A DNA stretch of 64,000 nucleotides from Acidimicrobiia bacterium (GTDB taxonomy: Bacteria; Actinomycetota; Acidimicrobiia; Spongiisociales; ZC4RG35): the NCBI GenBank assembly GCA_965215185.1, contig OZ244034.1, forward strand, positions 1,856,001-1,920,000. Direction: 5' to 3'. The notes under the pieces were generated by a model. That model did no database searches. It was not told the origin of the DNA and saw only the letters and a list, made by a program, of their open reading frames with translations. Made by a program: the position numbers and the translations under genes. The stretch's first letter is position 1, and every line of letters begins with the position of its first letter. Positions 48,119 to 58,316 of this stretch are shown here, piece after piece.

Positions 48119-49429
48119 ATGGGACGCGCATCGCACGGCAGACTGCTGATCGCCTTGGCGCTATTCGGACTGCTGACCGCTTCCTGTAGCGGGTCCGCGC
48201 CAACCGAGCACCTCGGTGACGGCTCCCTGGGATTCGTGGAGGTGGAGCGGGGTGAGACCATCCAAATTCGATCCGTATACACCAATCCCGGAGATATCGC
48301 CCTGTTGGGCAACTCCGCGGAGAAGGCGATCGTGTTCGCCGTGGAGGACTACGGCCCCATCCGCGGGTACGATGTTGACCTCGGCGTGGGACTCGATGAC
48401 ATGTGTTCCCCCGAAGGAGGAATGATTACCGGCTCACTGGTCATCGCCGAGGGGAACGTGCTGGGCGTGATCGGCACCAACTGTTCGGCGGCGGCCGCCG
48501 AGGCGGCGCCGCTCATCACCAGTGCGGGCATGGTCTTGATCTCCCCATCCAACACCGCCCCGTCACTCACTTCGGATCTGGCCGGCAACGAGGGCAGCAG
48601 TCACTTCCCCGGCTACTACCGAACCGCCCACAACGATCTGATTCAAGGCGAATCCGTGGCGCATTTCCTGTTCGGAGAGGGTGTCTCTACCGCGGCCGTC
48701 GTTCACGACGGCGGCCCCTATACGATGGGGTTGGCTTCGGCCTTCTCCAACGCATTCGAGGAACACGGCGGCGCCATCACCGGTACTTGGGAAGTGGACC
48801 GCAGAGAGCAGGATCTGGTCCCGGTTCTCACCGAGATAGCCGCCGGTGAGCCAGAAGCCCTGTTCTTCCCGCTTTTCTTCCCGACCGGCGGTTTCTTGGT
48901 GAAGCAGGCAGCTGAGATGCCTGCCTTTTCGGAGACGGTGTTCGCCGCCGCCGACGGTCTGCTCAACGATGATTTTCTATCGGTGCCCGAAACCGAGGGC
49001 ATGTTTATCTCCGGTCCCGATACCCGTTTCGGAGACAACTACAACCAAAGCACCGGACAGAGCGCCGCCGACCTGCTGGCACGCTATCAGGAGACGGTGG
49101 GCTCGGCTCCCACCGGCACATTCTGGGGCCACGCCTACGACGCCACCACCCTGCTCTTGGACGCCATTAACGCCTCCTCTTACCTGCGCTCCGGAGGCAA
49201 CACCCTGGTGATAGATCGGGCCGGACTACGCCAATACCTCGACAACCTGTCCGGCTTCCAAGGAGTGACCGGGATTCTCAGCTGCGACCAATTCGGAGAC
49301 TGCGGCACCTCCCGGGTGGTGATCCACGAACACCTGGATTCCACCAATATCGAAGCCACCAGGCAGAGCGTGGTCTTCGAAGTCGGACCCGACGGTCAAC
49401 AGACACCGGCTTCGCTCACCGGACACTAA
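48119..49429 (+). CDS. Branched-chain amino acid ABC substrate-binding lipoprotein (LivK-like)
   Basis: TASC lipobox, DDMCS, GVIGTNCS, ISPSNTAPSLT, YYRTAHND, AYDAT. Confidence 0.88.
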   Translation: MGRASHGRLLIALALFGLLTASCSGSAPTEHLGDGSLGFVEVERGETIQIRSVYTNPGDIALLGNSAEKAIVFAVEDYGPIRGYDVDLGVGLDDMCSPEGGMITGSLVIAEGNVLGVIGTNCSAAAAEAAPLITSAGMVLISPSNTAPSLTSDLAGNEGSSHFPGYYRTAHNDLIQGESVAHFLFGEGVSTAAVVHDGGPYTMGLASAFSNAFEEHGGAITGTWEVDRREQDLVPVLTEIAAGEPEALFFPLFFPTGGFLVKQAAEMPAFSETVFAAADGLLNDDFLSVPETEGMFISGPDTRFGDNYNQSTGQSAADLLARYQETVGSAPTGTFWGHAYDATTLLLDAINASSYLRSGGNTLVIDRAGLRQYLDNLSGFQGVTGILSCDQFGDCGTSRVVIHEHLDSTNIEATRQSVVFEVGPDGQQTPASLTGH

Positions 49430-49543
49430 ATCGGACCACCGCACGCTGCACGGGAGGAGACAACTGGCGGCCTTCGCCAAGGTATCTCCATCTCGGCAAA
49501 CCCTTACCTCAAGACGAGCCAACCCCTGAGGATGGTCTTGAGG

Positions 49544-49610
49544 TAGGCCTACCTCTCGCCCTCAAGTAGGCCTACCCTTCGTCCTCAAATAGGTCTACCC
49601 CTCGTCCTCC
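49544..49610. repeat. Degenerate 23-bp tandem repeat (3 copies) overlapping the flotillin stop codon
   Basis: TAGGCCTACCTCTCGCCCTCAAG / TAGGCCTACCCTTCGTCCTCAAA / TAGGTCTACCCCTCGTCCTCC. Confidence 0.8.
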
Positions 49611-50893
49611 GGCGAGTCTTGGGAACTGCGGCGTAGCGAGTCGAGGATGTCGACGCCGGTAACAGCGTCTATCTGTTCGGTTAGGGCCACCAAAGCAGCG
49701 GGGAGTTGGGCAACCAGGCCGGGGATCCCTCCTCCACCGCTGCCCCGGTCGCTGTTGGTGTCCACCACGGCCACCCGGTCGATGTTGACCCCCTGCACGG
49801 TGGCGACGATCTTGTCTATGAGTTCGGGAAGCATGTTCAACACCAGCACGTGATGCCCGTCCTGGCCCGCCGCCTGGTATTGGTCGGTCAGGAGTTTGAA
49901 CACTTCCACTTGGGCTCTACCGTCTTCAATGATGCTCGCCGCTTCGGCCCGGGCTCGTAGCTGTTGGGCTTCCAAGTCGGCTCGGGCGGGAACCACCACC
50001 GCCGCCTCCACGCGTCGTGTCTCCAGCTCGATGCGCTGGCCTTCCAACTCCTGACTGGCCACGACTCTGGCGACATCTCCCGCCACCAGAGCTTCCGCCT
50101 CACGTGCGTTAGAGACGGCCTCCAGTTCGGCGGTACGTACCCGCAGGCCGTTGTTTTCCACCACGATCGCCCTGTCCGCCTCAAGGCCAGCGACCTGTCC
50201 CACTTGCCGGGAGGCAGCCTCGGCCTGTTCCGCTTCGGCTTTGCGTTCTGCTTCCACCACCCGGGCATTTCGAATCACCTCGGCGGTGAGAAGGCGCCCC
50301 ACCGATGTCAGATAATGGACATCGTCGGTGACGTTCTGGATCTTGAGGACATCCAGTTCCAGGCCCAAGGTCTTGATGTCGTCGTCGGCCTCGTCGATCA
50401 ACTGATGGGAGAATTTGAGCCGATCTTCGTTCACCTCTTCCGGCGACAGGGTGGCTAGGACGCCCCTCAGGTTGGCTTCCAGGGTCTCCTTGGCGATCTG
50501 ACCGATCTGGGCGCTGGAACGCCCCAGGAATCTCTCGGCAGCGTTCTCCAGCAGCCCTTCTCGGCTCGAAACCTTGACGTTGGCAATGCCCGCCACATTG
50601 AGAGGAATAGTCCCCCGCGAATAGGCGTTGGTCACCGCAACCTCCAACGGAATGGTGTTCAGACTCATCCACTGAACATTCTCGATGAGGGGAATCCGGA
50701 TCGTCCGTCCTCCCTGCAGCAGGCGGTATCCCACCTTTCGCCCATCACTCAGCGCCCGTTTCCGTCCGGAAATGACCGCTACCCGGTTGGGTGGGCAAAT
50801 AATTATCAACGACTTAATGATGAAGATCAGGATCAACAACACCACGGCCAGGCCGACACCGGCTAACACCGGTAAACTTAAGTTATCACTCAT
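49595..50893 (-). CDS. Flotillin/SPFH domain protein
   Basis: PPNRVAVISG, AAERFLG, TLEANLRGVLATLSPEEVNEDR, Ala/Glu coiled coil. Confidence 0.9.
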   Translation of the reverse strand: MSDNLSLPVLAGVGLAVVLLILIFIIKSLIIICPPNRVAVISGRKRALSDGRKVGYRLLQGGRTIRIPLIENVQWMSLNTIPLEVAVTNAYSRGTIPLNVAGIANVKVSSREGLLENAAERFLGRSSAQIGQIAKETLEANLRGVLATLSPEEVNEDRLKFSHQLIDEADDDIKTLGLELDVLKIQNVTDDVHYLTSVGRLLTAEVIRNARVVEAERKAEAEQAEAASRQVGQVAGLEADRAIVVENNGLRVRTAELEAVSNAREAEALVAGDVARVVASQELEGQRIELETRRVEAAVVVPARADLEAQQLRARAEAASIIEDGRAQVEVFKLLTDQYQAAGQDGHHVLVLNMLPELIDKIVATVQGVNIDRVAVVDTNSDRGSGGGGIPGLVAQLPAALVALTEQIDAVTGVDILDSLRRSSQDSPEDEG

Positions 50894-51396
50894 TAACTAC
50901 TTCCTCTTTCTTTTTCTTGCCTTGCGACGAGAGCCACCGCGCCGTCCACCTCCACGATGGTGACCCTCTCGCCTTTCTTAATCAGATCCTCCCGGTTGGC
51001 GGGTGAGGCGCTGATCCTATGGCGCGCCCCGGCCGCGTCGACAACTACCTGCCCCCTGTGTTCGGTGGACACTCCCAACACCACTACGGCTGTTGACCCC
51101 TCAAGATCTGCATTGGTAACCTCGCTGGACGCTTCGGTGCGGCGCAGCCAACCAAACAGAGCGTTGTGGAAAGATGCTCCCAGAACACCCACTCCGGCGG
51201 CGATCAATCCCCCGGAAAGAGCGGAAAGGCTCACCCAGACCGTGATAAGACCCGCTAAACCAAAAAACGCCGCTCCAAAAGAGACAGCGCTGAACGAGAT
51301 CCATGAAAAGAAACCTCCACCCGAACCGGTATCAGAATCCCCCCCCAATTCGCCTCCGAAGGCAAAAATCAGCAACAACGGCAAACCGACCGCCAT
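50893..51396 (-). CDS. NfeD-like membrane protein (flotillin partner); start uncertain
   Basis: TM helices then OB-fold-like GQVVV..IKKGERVTIVEVDG; directly upstream of flotillin. Confidence 0.8.
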   Translation of the reverse strand: MAVGLPLLLIFAFGGELGGDSDTGSGGGFFSWISFSAVSFGAAFFGLAGLITVWVSLSALSGGLIAAGVGVLGASFHNALFGWLRRTEASSEVTNADLEGSTAVVVLGVSTEHRGQVVVDAAGARHRISASPANREDLIKKGERVTIVEVDGAVALVARQEKERGSS

Positions 51397-51429
51397 CGCG
51401 AAAATATATAAGAAAAGTACGGCCGCTCC

Positions 51430-51548
51430 CTACCTAGCTTCAGCCTTAACCCAGACTAGTCGTCCACCCGTGGTTAGGTCTAATAGACGGGCGAATCGTT
51501 TGCCGGCGATGACCAGGGCCATCAGCGTCACCACCAACGGGGCGTCTA
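51430..51548 (-). repeat. Diverged copy of the 3' end of the ABC permease gene (52642-52735)
   Basis: DAPLVVTLMALVIAGKRFARLLDLTTG versus DALPFVVTLLALVVARKRFARLLDLSTAG. Confidence 0.85.
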
Positions 51549-51603
51549 TGAAAACCACGGGGAAGCCGTCGCACTGGCAGCAACACCCGGCACTCGGCTA
51601 GGG

Positions 51604-52440
51604 CTAAAAGACCGGCTTACCGCGATCCTCCAAACAACGCGCACCATCGTCGTTGGTGTCCAACGCCACATCCCGTGCCACGTCTACAATGAACGCTTCC
51701 TGGCGTGTGACGTCCTCCAGTGCGAACTTGGTCATCACCGCTATGGCATAGGGTCGGTTCCTCAGAAACACAATTCCAGCATCGCAGCGGACCCGTTCCA
51801 TGCCGCCCGATTTGTTCGCAACTACCAAGTCGGACGGTACCGCCCGATTCAACGGCGCCGATTTGGGCTTGCCGATGATACGCAGGACCTGCTCCGCCAC
51901 TTTGGATGACGGCTTACCTTGATACAGCATCTCCAGCATCGTGACAAGTTCGTTCGGCGTCGAAACATTCTCGTCACCCCTGTGTATAGCCTCGCTGTCC
52001 ATCATCTTGCGCCGCAACTTTGTGGCTGTCAGCCCCATATCACCCAACAACCTGTTGGTTGCCTCCATGCCGGCCCAATCTATGCACATGTTCGTTGCAG
52101 TGTTGTCCGACACAACGATCATCAGGATGGCGATATCCAGCACTGACAACTCGGGCTCACCCTCCATATAGTGGATTACGCCACTACCTGTTCCGCACAT
52201 CTGCGGCTTGATTCTGACGCGCTCATTGAGGTCAATCTCACCCCTCTCGCCACGGCTCAATAGCTGTGTCAAGATGTGTATTTTGATAGTGGATGCGGTG
52301 GGGAACTCCTCGCTACCACGTACGGACACTGCGTCTCCACGTTTCAGATCCAGCACCGAAATACCCGCTACTCCCGCGAACTTCTCAATCTTGTGAGTTA
52401 ACCGTTCCTCCAAACGCTCCCAAAGCCTCCTGTTGCTCAT
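51604..52440 (-). CDS. Class A beta-lactamase-like serine hydrolase, no signal peptide
   Basis: ASTIK (SxxK), SDN, KSG motifs; lower GC than neighbours. Confidence 0.85.
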   Translation of the reverse strand: MSNRRLWERLEERLTHKIEKFAGVAGISVLDLKRGDAVSVRGSEEFPTASTIKIHILTQLLSRGERGEIDLNERVRIKPQMCGTGSGVIHYMEGEPELSVLDIAILMIVVSDNTATNMCIDWAGMEATNRLLGDMGLTATKLRRKMMDSEAIHRGDENVSTPNELVTMLEMLYQGKPSSKVAEQVLRIIGKPKSAPLNRAVPSDLVVANKSGGMERVRCDAGIVFLRNRPYAIAVMTKFALEDVTRQEAFIVDVARDVALDTNDDGARCLEDRGKPVF

Positions 52441-52638
52441 TCCACTGCTCCTTAGGTTCTCAACTCGGTGAAGTATCCCATTTGAAATCCTCTGTATTCA
52501 CGTTGCGCATGTTAAGACTTTCAGAATTACGAACCTCGACAGAATCGGGGTCAGCGTATTGTTCACTCGCACCTAAGCCAAACCCCCCGTTTCTCCCCGC
52601 CTTGCGATGAGGCAGACGCCGACCAAACCGCAACCTAA

Positions 52639-53556
52639 TCAACCGGCGGTAGACAGGTCGAGCAGGCGGGCGAATCGCTTGCGGGCGACCACCAGAGCCA
52701 GCAGGGTCACCACGAAGGGAAGGGCGTCGGTTATTTGCACCGGCAGACCGTTGCCCTGGAAGCGGAAACCAAGCGCCTCGGCCAGAGCGAACAGGGCGCA
52801 GGCGCCAACCACACCCGCGGGATGGGCCCGGCCCAGCATCACCGCCACCACCGCTACCCAACCCCGGCCGCTCGACATGTTCTCCGCGAACTGCACCACG
52901 TTGCCCAATGAGAGTTGAGCCCCGGCCATCCCGGCCAGGGCGCCGGACGCCAGAACCGCTCCGTACTTGTAGACGGTGGGACTCACCCCGAGAGTCTCCG
53001 CAGCCAAGGGCCGCTCACCCACCCCCCGGAGACGCAAGCCGATCGGAGTGCGGAAAAAGAAAACCCACAGCGCTGGCACCAGCAACAAAGCGAGAAAGGT
53101 GAGAACCGTGTTGTCAAAGAGCACCGGCCCGACCCAGGGGATCTGCGACAGTCCTGGAATGGCGATCCTGTCCAATCTATCTATCCGGGGATGCTGGAAT
53201 ACCCCGCGAACGTCGAAGATTTGCGGAAGCAGGAAACCGGTAAGACCCATGGCTAGCAGGTTGAGCGAGATTCCCAATACGATCGGATCACCCCGACGAG
53301 TAACCGTGCCATAGGCCAACGCCAGGGAGACCGCCATCCCGGCCAGTATCCCGAAGGCTATCCCCACGGTGGAACTCAGAGCCAGATAGGAGCCGGCCAC
53401 CGCCGCGAAGGCGCCAGCCAGCATTATCCCCTCCAAGGCGATCTGAAAAACCCCGGCCCGCTCGCAGATCATGCCACCCAGCGCCGCCAACAGGATGGGA
53501 ACCATCGCCCGGGTGGCCGAGTCGAACAAGGCTGTGTCGAAAAGCTGCTCGAACAT
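52639..53556 (-). CDS. Nucleoside ABC transporter permease
   Basis: ERAGVFQIALEG, GLRLRGVGE, GRGWVA. Confidence 0.9.
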   Translation of the reverse strand: MFEQLFDTALFDSATRAMVPILLAALGGMICERAGVFQIALEGIMLAGAFAAVAGSYLALSSTVGIAFGILAGMAVSLALAYGTVTRRGDPIVLGISLNLLAMGLTGFLLPQIFDVRGVFQHPRIDRLDRIAIPGLSQIPWVGPVLFDNTVLTFLALLLVPALWVFFFRTPIGLRLRGVGERPLAAETLGVSPTVYKYGAVLASGALAGMAGAQLSLGNVVQFAENMSSGRGWVAVVAVMLGRAHPAGVVGACALFALAEALGFRFQGNGLPVQITDALPFVVTLLALVVARKRFARLLDLSTAG

Positions 53557-54650
53557 CAGACCTCCCCCACCACCACAGCCTCGGTCTCACCCGCCTCGGG
53601 CGGTGGTCGCTCTCCCCGCCGAATGGCAAGCCGGCAAGCCACCGCCACGATTACCACCGCCTGCAACACCTGCGAAAGGCGCCACGACACGCCCGCGTTC
53701 CGCTGCATAGCAAGACCGCCGATCTGAAGACCCGAAAAGAAGAGCCCCGTAACGAAAATGGGAATCGGCCGGTTCACCGCCAAGAGGGCGACCAGGAGAC
53801 CGGTCCAGGCAAAGCCGCTCAGCACCAACTCGCCGTCGATGTAACGAATTGCCTCACCGACAATGAGATGGGTCCCGATCAGTCCCCCGATCGCCCCGCC
53901 CACCACCATTACCTGTACTGTCCTCCCCTCCACATCGATGCCCCCATAGCGGGCGGAGCGCATGTTGAAACCCGCCATTTGCGTCTCGTAGCCGGCCACG
54001 GTGCGGGTGTACACCATCCAGAGAATCACCACCAGCAATATGACGAGAATCAGCGACAGGCTGACACCTCCGAAGACCGGCATCTTGGGCATGCGGGCGG
54101 AATCAGGAACCCGGCGGGTGGTCGCCAGAGTGACCGAAACGTCCGCCAGCGGGAACCGCACCAGGTATCCGGTGATGGCGCGGGCCACGTAATTGAGGAG
54201 GAGGCTGGTGATAAGAATGGGAAGACGAAGCCGGGTCTGCCCGTAGGCGGGTAAAAGCGCCCACAGGGCGCCCACCACAGCTCCCGTAAGCATCGCCAAG
54301 GGAATTATCAGCGTCCCCGGACCCGGCACGTAAATGGCCACGATCGTCCCTGCCAGCCCGCCGATCACCATCTGACCCTCTCCCCCCAGATTGATGATTC
54401 CCGATCGAAAGGCGATAGAGACCGCCAAGGCCATACCCACTATCGGGATCGCTCGGCCCAGGGTGTTGCGCAGCCCGGAACCGGTTACCGCTCCGGTGAA
54501 CATCTCCTCCCCTGCCGCCAGGGGATCGCCACCGGTGACCGCCACAATGGCAGCGGCCAGAGCAAAGGCAAAGAGCAACGAGAAGGTCACCGGACTCACC
54601 AGCGCCCGTTGGCTGATACTGCGGAGCTCGTCCAGAAACCTCTTAAGCAA
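53556..54650 (-). CDS. Nucleoside ABC transporter permease
   Basis: INLGGEGQ, SLLLNY, RTVAGYE..ARYGGI. Confidence 0.9.
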   Translation of the reverse strand: MLKRFLDELRSISQRALVSPVTFSLLFAFALAAAIVAVTGGDPLAAGEEMFTGAVTGSGLRNTLGRAIPIVGMALAVSIAFRSGIINLGGEGQMVIGGLAGTIVAIYVPGPGTLIIPLAMLTGAVVGALWALLPAYGQTRLRLPILITSLLLNYVARAITGYLVRFPLADVSVTLATTRRVPDSARMPKMPVFGGVSLSLILVILLVVILWMVYTRTVAGYETQMAGFNMRSARYGGIDVEGRTVQVMVVGGAIGGLIGTHLIVGEAIRYIDGELVLSGFAWTGLLVALLAVNRPIPIFVTGLFFSGLQIGGLAMQRNAGVSWRLSQVLQAVVIVAVACRLAIRRGERPPPEAGETEAVVVGEV

Positions 54651-56166
54651 CCGACGCCTCCAAGTGCGCTCCGGTCATGTACAGGCCGATCTCGGGTTCG
54701 GCGACGCTTCGGGGATCAAGACTTGCCACGATGCGCCCCTCGAACATCACCAGGATGCGGGTGCTCAACGCCAAGATCTCCGACAATTCGGCCGACACCA
54801 TCAGCACCGCTCCGCCCTGGTCGCGGTAATCCACTAACTGGCTGTGAACGAACTCGATGGCGCCGATGTCGAGTCCGCGGGTGGGCTGCTCGGCGATGAG
54901 GAGCGGCGTGCCGTATTCCATCTCTCGAGCCACCACCACCTTCTGCAGGTTCCCGCCCGAGAGCGTGGAAACCGGATCTGACACCGAACCCACCTTGATC
55001 CCGAACACCTCCACCAGCCGTCGGGTGAGTTCGGTCACCGCGCCGCGGTCGAACCAGCCCTTACGCTGGACTTTCGTTCCCCGGTGATGGCCCATCAGAA
55101 GGTTCTCGGAGACCGATGCCTGACGGGTGGTACCCACCCCGTAGCGATCCTCGGGTATGTATGCCAGTCCGGCATCCCGCCGTCCGGCCACATTGACACT
55201 GGTGATGTCCTTACCCGATAGGGTCACCGAGCCAAAGGCCGCCTCCCGCAGCCCGCAGAGCGCCTCAATCAGCTCGCTCTGGCCGTTTCCTGCCACCCCG
55301 GCTATTCCCACTATCTCCCCCGATCTCACCTCGAAGGTGGCGTCCTCCACTACCGCCCGCTCGTGGCCGCCCAGCACGGTGAGACCCTCCACCTTGAGCA
55401 CAACCCGGTCGGGTTGGTGTTCAGGAGCCCTCCGACCCAAGTCGACCGCCCGGCCGGTCATGTGCAAAGTGATCTCGGTCGGGTTGGTCTCGGCGGTCAC
55501 CAGGTCGGCCACCGACCGACCGTTGCGGAGTACGGTCACCCGGTCGGAGATCGCCATCACCTCCCCCAGCTTGTGGGTGATGAAGAGAATCGTTCGCCCC
55601 GCATCACGCAGTCTCCGGATAACCTCGAACAGCTGGTCCCGTTCCTGGGGGGTAAGCACCGCCGTGGGCTCATCCAGAATGAGGACCTGAGCGTCCCGGT
55701 AGAGGGCCTTCAGGATCTCCACCCGCTGCAGCACTCCCACCGGGAGATCCTCCACCGCTGCCTCGGGGTCCACTGCCAAGCCATACCGGTCGGCCAGATC
55801 CCGGACCCGGGCGGCGCTGGCCGCCCGGTCGATAAGCCCGCCACGGGTGGGTTCCTGGCGGAACACCACATTTTCAGCCACGCTTAGGGTGGGAAAGAGC
55901 CTGAAGGACTGGTGCACCATCCCAAGACCAGCCGCGATGGCGTCCAGAGCCGAGGAGAACTGCACCGCTTCACCCCGGATGAAGATCTCCCCTTCGTCGG
56001 GGGGGAAAAGCCCATAGAGCAGGGACATCAGGGTGGTCTTCCCAGCCCCGTTTTCCCCCACGATGGCGTGGATCTCCGCGGGACGGACGGTCAGGTCCAC
56101 GGCGTCATTGGCAAGGACGCCGGGGTACCGCTTCGTTATCCCGCGGAGTTCCAGCTCAAATGTCAA
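54643..56166 (-). CDS. Nucleoside ABC transporter ATP-binding protein (tandem domains)
   Basis: GENGAGKT, LDEPT, LSGGNLQK, QPTRGLD. Confidence 0.93.
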   Translation of the reverse strand: MTFELELRGITKRYPGVLANDAVDLTVRPAEIHAIVGENGAGKTTLMSLLYGLFPPDEGEIFIRGEAVQFSSALDAIAAGLGMVHQSFRLFPTLSVAENVVFRQEPTRGGLIDRAASAARVRDLADRYGLAVDPEAAVEDLPVGVLQRVEILKALYRDAQVLILDEPTAVLTPQERDQLFEVIRRLRDAGRTILFITHKLGEVMAISDRVTVLRNGRSVADLVTAETNPTEITLHMTGRAVDLGRRAPEHQPDRVVLKVEGLTVLGGHERAVVEDATFEVRSGEIVGIAGVAGNGQSELIEALCGLREAAFGSVTLSGKDITSVNVAGRRDAGLAYIPEDRYGVGTTRQASVSENLLMGHHRGTKVQRKGWFDRGAVTELTRRLVEVFGIKVGSVSDPVSTLSGGNLQKVVVAREMEYGTPLLIAEQPTRGLDIGAIEFVHSQLVDYRDQGGAVLMVSAELSEILALSTRILVMFEGRIVASLDPRSVAEPEIGLYMTGAHLEASVA

Positions 56167-56170
56167 GTAA

Positions 56171-57205
56171 TCAACCGAACAGGGGATCGGGGACTACGAT
56201 GTCGCCGGCCACGATGCCGTCCCGGGCCGCGCGGACCTCGGCCACGATGTCGGGATGATCGGCAATCACACATTGGCTTGCGGCCAGTTCCTCATCAGAG
56301 GCCAGAGCCACCACCCCGGTGCCGCCCTCGGCCAGACCGAAGGCCACTATCTGGCCGGCTGTTCCGTCCAGCACCTGCTTCGCCAACTGTTCGACCAAAA
56401 CATCCACCAACTTCAGGTTGTTGTCAACGATGCTTCCCGGGGCGTCCGGGCACTGGTTGATATCCACACCGTAGCTCAGGAATCCCTCTTGCACGGCAGC
56501 TTCGAACGTGCCTCCGTTGGATCCTGCGCCCACTGCGAAGATGTGATCGGCGCCTCGCGCCGCCACCGCCAGGGCCTGCTCTTTGGCCCGGGCCGGATCG
56601 GAGAAGGGATTGTCGCCACCGATGAACACTTGCGTGTCGGTGATGGAGGGATCGATGCTCTGGGCGCCTAGAGCGAAGCTGTCGGACCAGCGGTGCAGGA
56701 AGGGGATGTCCAGCGCCACGATCGAGCCGACCTGCTTGGTCTGGCTGAGACGGCCTGCCATGATGCCCAGCAGATAGGCGCCTTCATGTTCGCGGAAGAC
56801 TCCGCAGTGCAGGTTGGCGGCGGGCGCGTCGGGGCAGGCGTCGATCAGGATGAACTGCTGATCGGGATTGGCCTTGGAGACTTCGTCAGCCAACTCGACC
56901 AGGGTAAAAGTGGTGAGAACCACGACATCGGGCGCCTCGTCGATGGCCGCCTCGATGTTGGCGCGCCGATCAGAATCATTGGTCGACTCGAAAGTCTTCC
57001 AAGACCCGCCTAATTCTTCGGCCACCCGCTGCGTACCCACCTGACCTAACTCCAGGAACTTGTTCACGCCAATCGGGTTGGGGGTGACATAGATCAAACT
57101 CGGGCCTTCGGGCGCCGCTTCTTCGTCCTCACCGCCGCATGCCGACGCCAGCAGAGCCAGCGCCGTCAACACCGCCACGGCGAGAAATGTCTTCTTGGTC
57201 TTCAT
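56171..57205 (-). CDS. BMP family nucleoside-binding lipoprotein
   Basis: ASAC lipobox, FREHEGAYLLG, FSDPARAKE, GVDINQ. Confidence 0.9.
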   Translation of the reverse strand: MKTKKTFLAVAVLTALALLASACGGEDEEAAPEGPSLIYVTPNPIGVNKFLELGQVGTQRVAEELGGSWKTFESTNDSDRRANIEAAIDEAPDVVVLTTFTLVELADEVSKANPDQQFILIDACPDAPAANLHCGVFREHEGAYLLGIMAGRLSQTKQVGSIVALDIPFLHRWSDSFALGAQSIDPSITDTQVFIGGDNPFSDPARAKEQALAVAARGADHIFAVGAGSNGGTFEAAVQEGFLSYGVDINQCPDAPGSIVDNNLKLVDVLVEQLAKQVLDGTAGQIVAFGLAEGGTGVVALASDEELAASQCVIADHPDIVAEVRAARDGIVAGDIVVPDPLFG

Positions 57206-57236
57206 TGCCTTTACCTCCTTGGTAAAAGTTGTTCTA

Positions 57237-58292
57237 TCACGTGCAAACTTTCAGTTCTCCAAAGGGTACGTTGGCGGGAGTTTGGCCCCGGTCGGGTCTG
57301 ATTATCCGGCGGTCGGTAACGATGGCGGTGATGAACTCCGCCGGGGTGATGTCGAAAGCGGGATTCAGGGCCTGGGAGCCGGGCGGGGCAACATCCACTC
57401 CTCCCAGGGACACCACTTCCTCCGAACCCCGGTCCTCGATGTCTATGTCGGCGCCCGAGGGAGTTTCAAGGTCGATCGTCGACTCGGGCGCCACCACTAT
57501 GAATGGAACGCCGGCGTGGCGGGAAGCCAGCGCCAGGCTGAAGGTCCCGATCTTGTTGGCTACATCGCCGTTTGCGGCGACCCGGTCGGCCCCAGCAAAA
57601 ACCAGGTTCGCCTCTCCCCGGGCCAATAGAAACGGCCCGGCCCCGTCCACCAGCAAACGGAAAGGCGCTCCCATCCTGGCCAACTCCCAGGTGGTGAGGC
57701 GTCCGCCCTGCAGAAGAGGCCGAGTTTCCACGGGAAGCGCCATCTCCAAGCGGCCCCGTTCATGAAGTGTTTGGATCACGGCCAGCGCAGTCCCCCTGGC
57801 GACCGTCGCTAAACCGCCCGTATTGCAGATGGTCATGGTCCGCGCCGCCGCTTCGCCGATCAGTTCCTCGGCCAGGTCCGCCCCGTACTCGCCCATGGAT
57901 ATGGAGGCGGCCAACTCCTCGTCACGGATCTGGTGGGCTTCGTCCAGGACCCTTTCCAAGCCTTGCGACACCAGCGCAGCGGTCCGATCCACCATCTTTG
58001 CCAGGTTGACGGCAGTTGGACGGGCCGCGCGGAGGCTGGCGATCGCCTTCTCCAAGCCCGGCCCCTCGGTCCCGTACAGGTGGACCGCCAAGGCCACACC
58101 GTAAGCGCCGGCTACTCCGATAGCGGGAGCGCCCCGCACCGACAGCCGCTGAATCGCAGCCACCAGGGAAGGGATGTTGAGAATGTTGAGAATGACTAAA
58201 TCTTGGGGAAGACGGGTCTGGTCGATCATCTTCACAACCCCGTCATCCCATTCCACTGTTTCGAACGAGGTGCGTTCGCCATTGCGTTCCAT
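57237..58292 (-). CDS. mtnA: Methylthioribose-1-phosphate isomerase
   Basis: IDQTRLP, VRGAPAIG, ARPTAVNL, TICNTG, ETRPLLQG, ANKIGT, NPAFDITP. Confidence 0.93.
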   Translation of the reverse strand: MERNGERTSFETVEWDDGVVKMIDQTRLPQDLVILNILNIPSLVAAIQRLSVRGAPAIGVAGAYGVALAVHLYGTEGPGLEKAIASLRAARPTAVNLAKMVDRTAALVSQGLERVLDEAHQIRDEELAASISMGEYGADLAEELIGEAAARTMTICNTGGLATVARGTALAVIQTLHERGRLEMALPVETRPLLQGGRLTTWELARMGAPFRLLVDGAGPFLLARGEANLVFAGADRVAANGDVANKIGTFSLALASRHAGVPFIVVAPESTIDLETPSGADIDIEDRGSEEVVSLGGVDVAPPGSQALNPAFDITPAEFITAIVTDRRIIRPDRGQTPANVPFGELKVCT

Positions 58293-58316
58293 GACAAGCC
58301 TCTAGCCTAAAGGAAT

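Noticed and set aside
51604-52440. Antibiotic-resistance beta-lactamase
   Set aside because: No signal peptide and no clear Glu166 omega-loop motif; only a serine hydrolase fold can be supported
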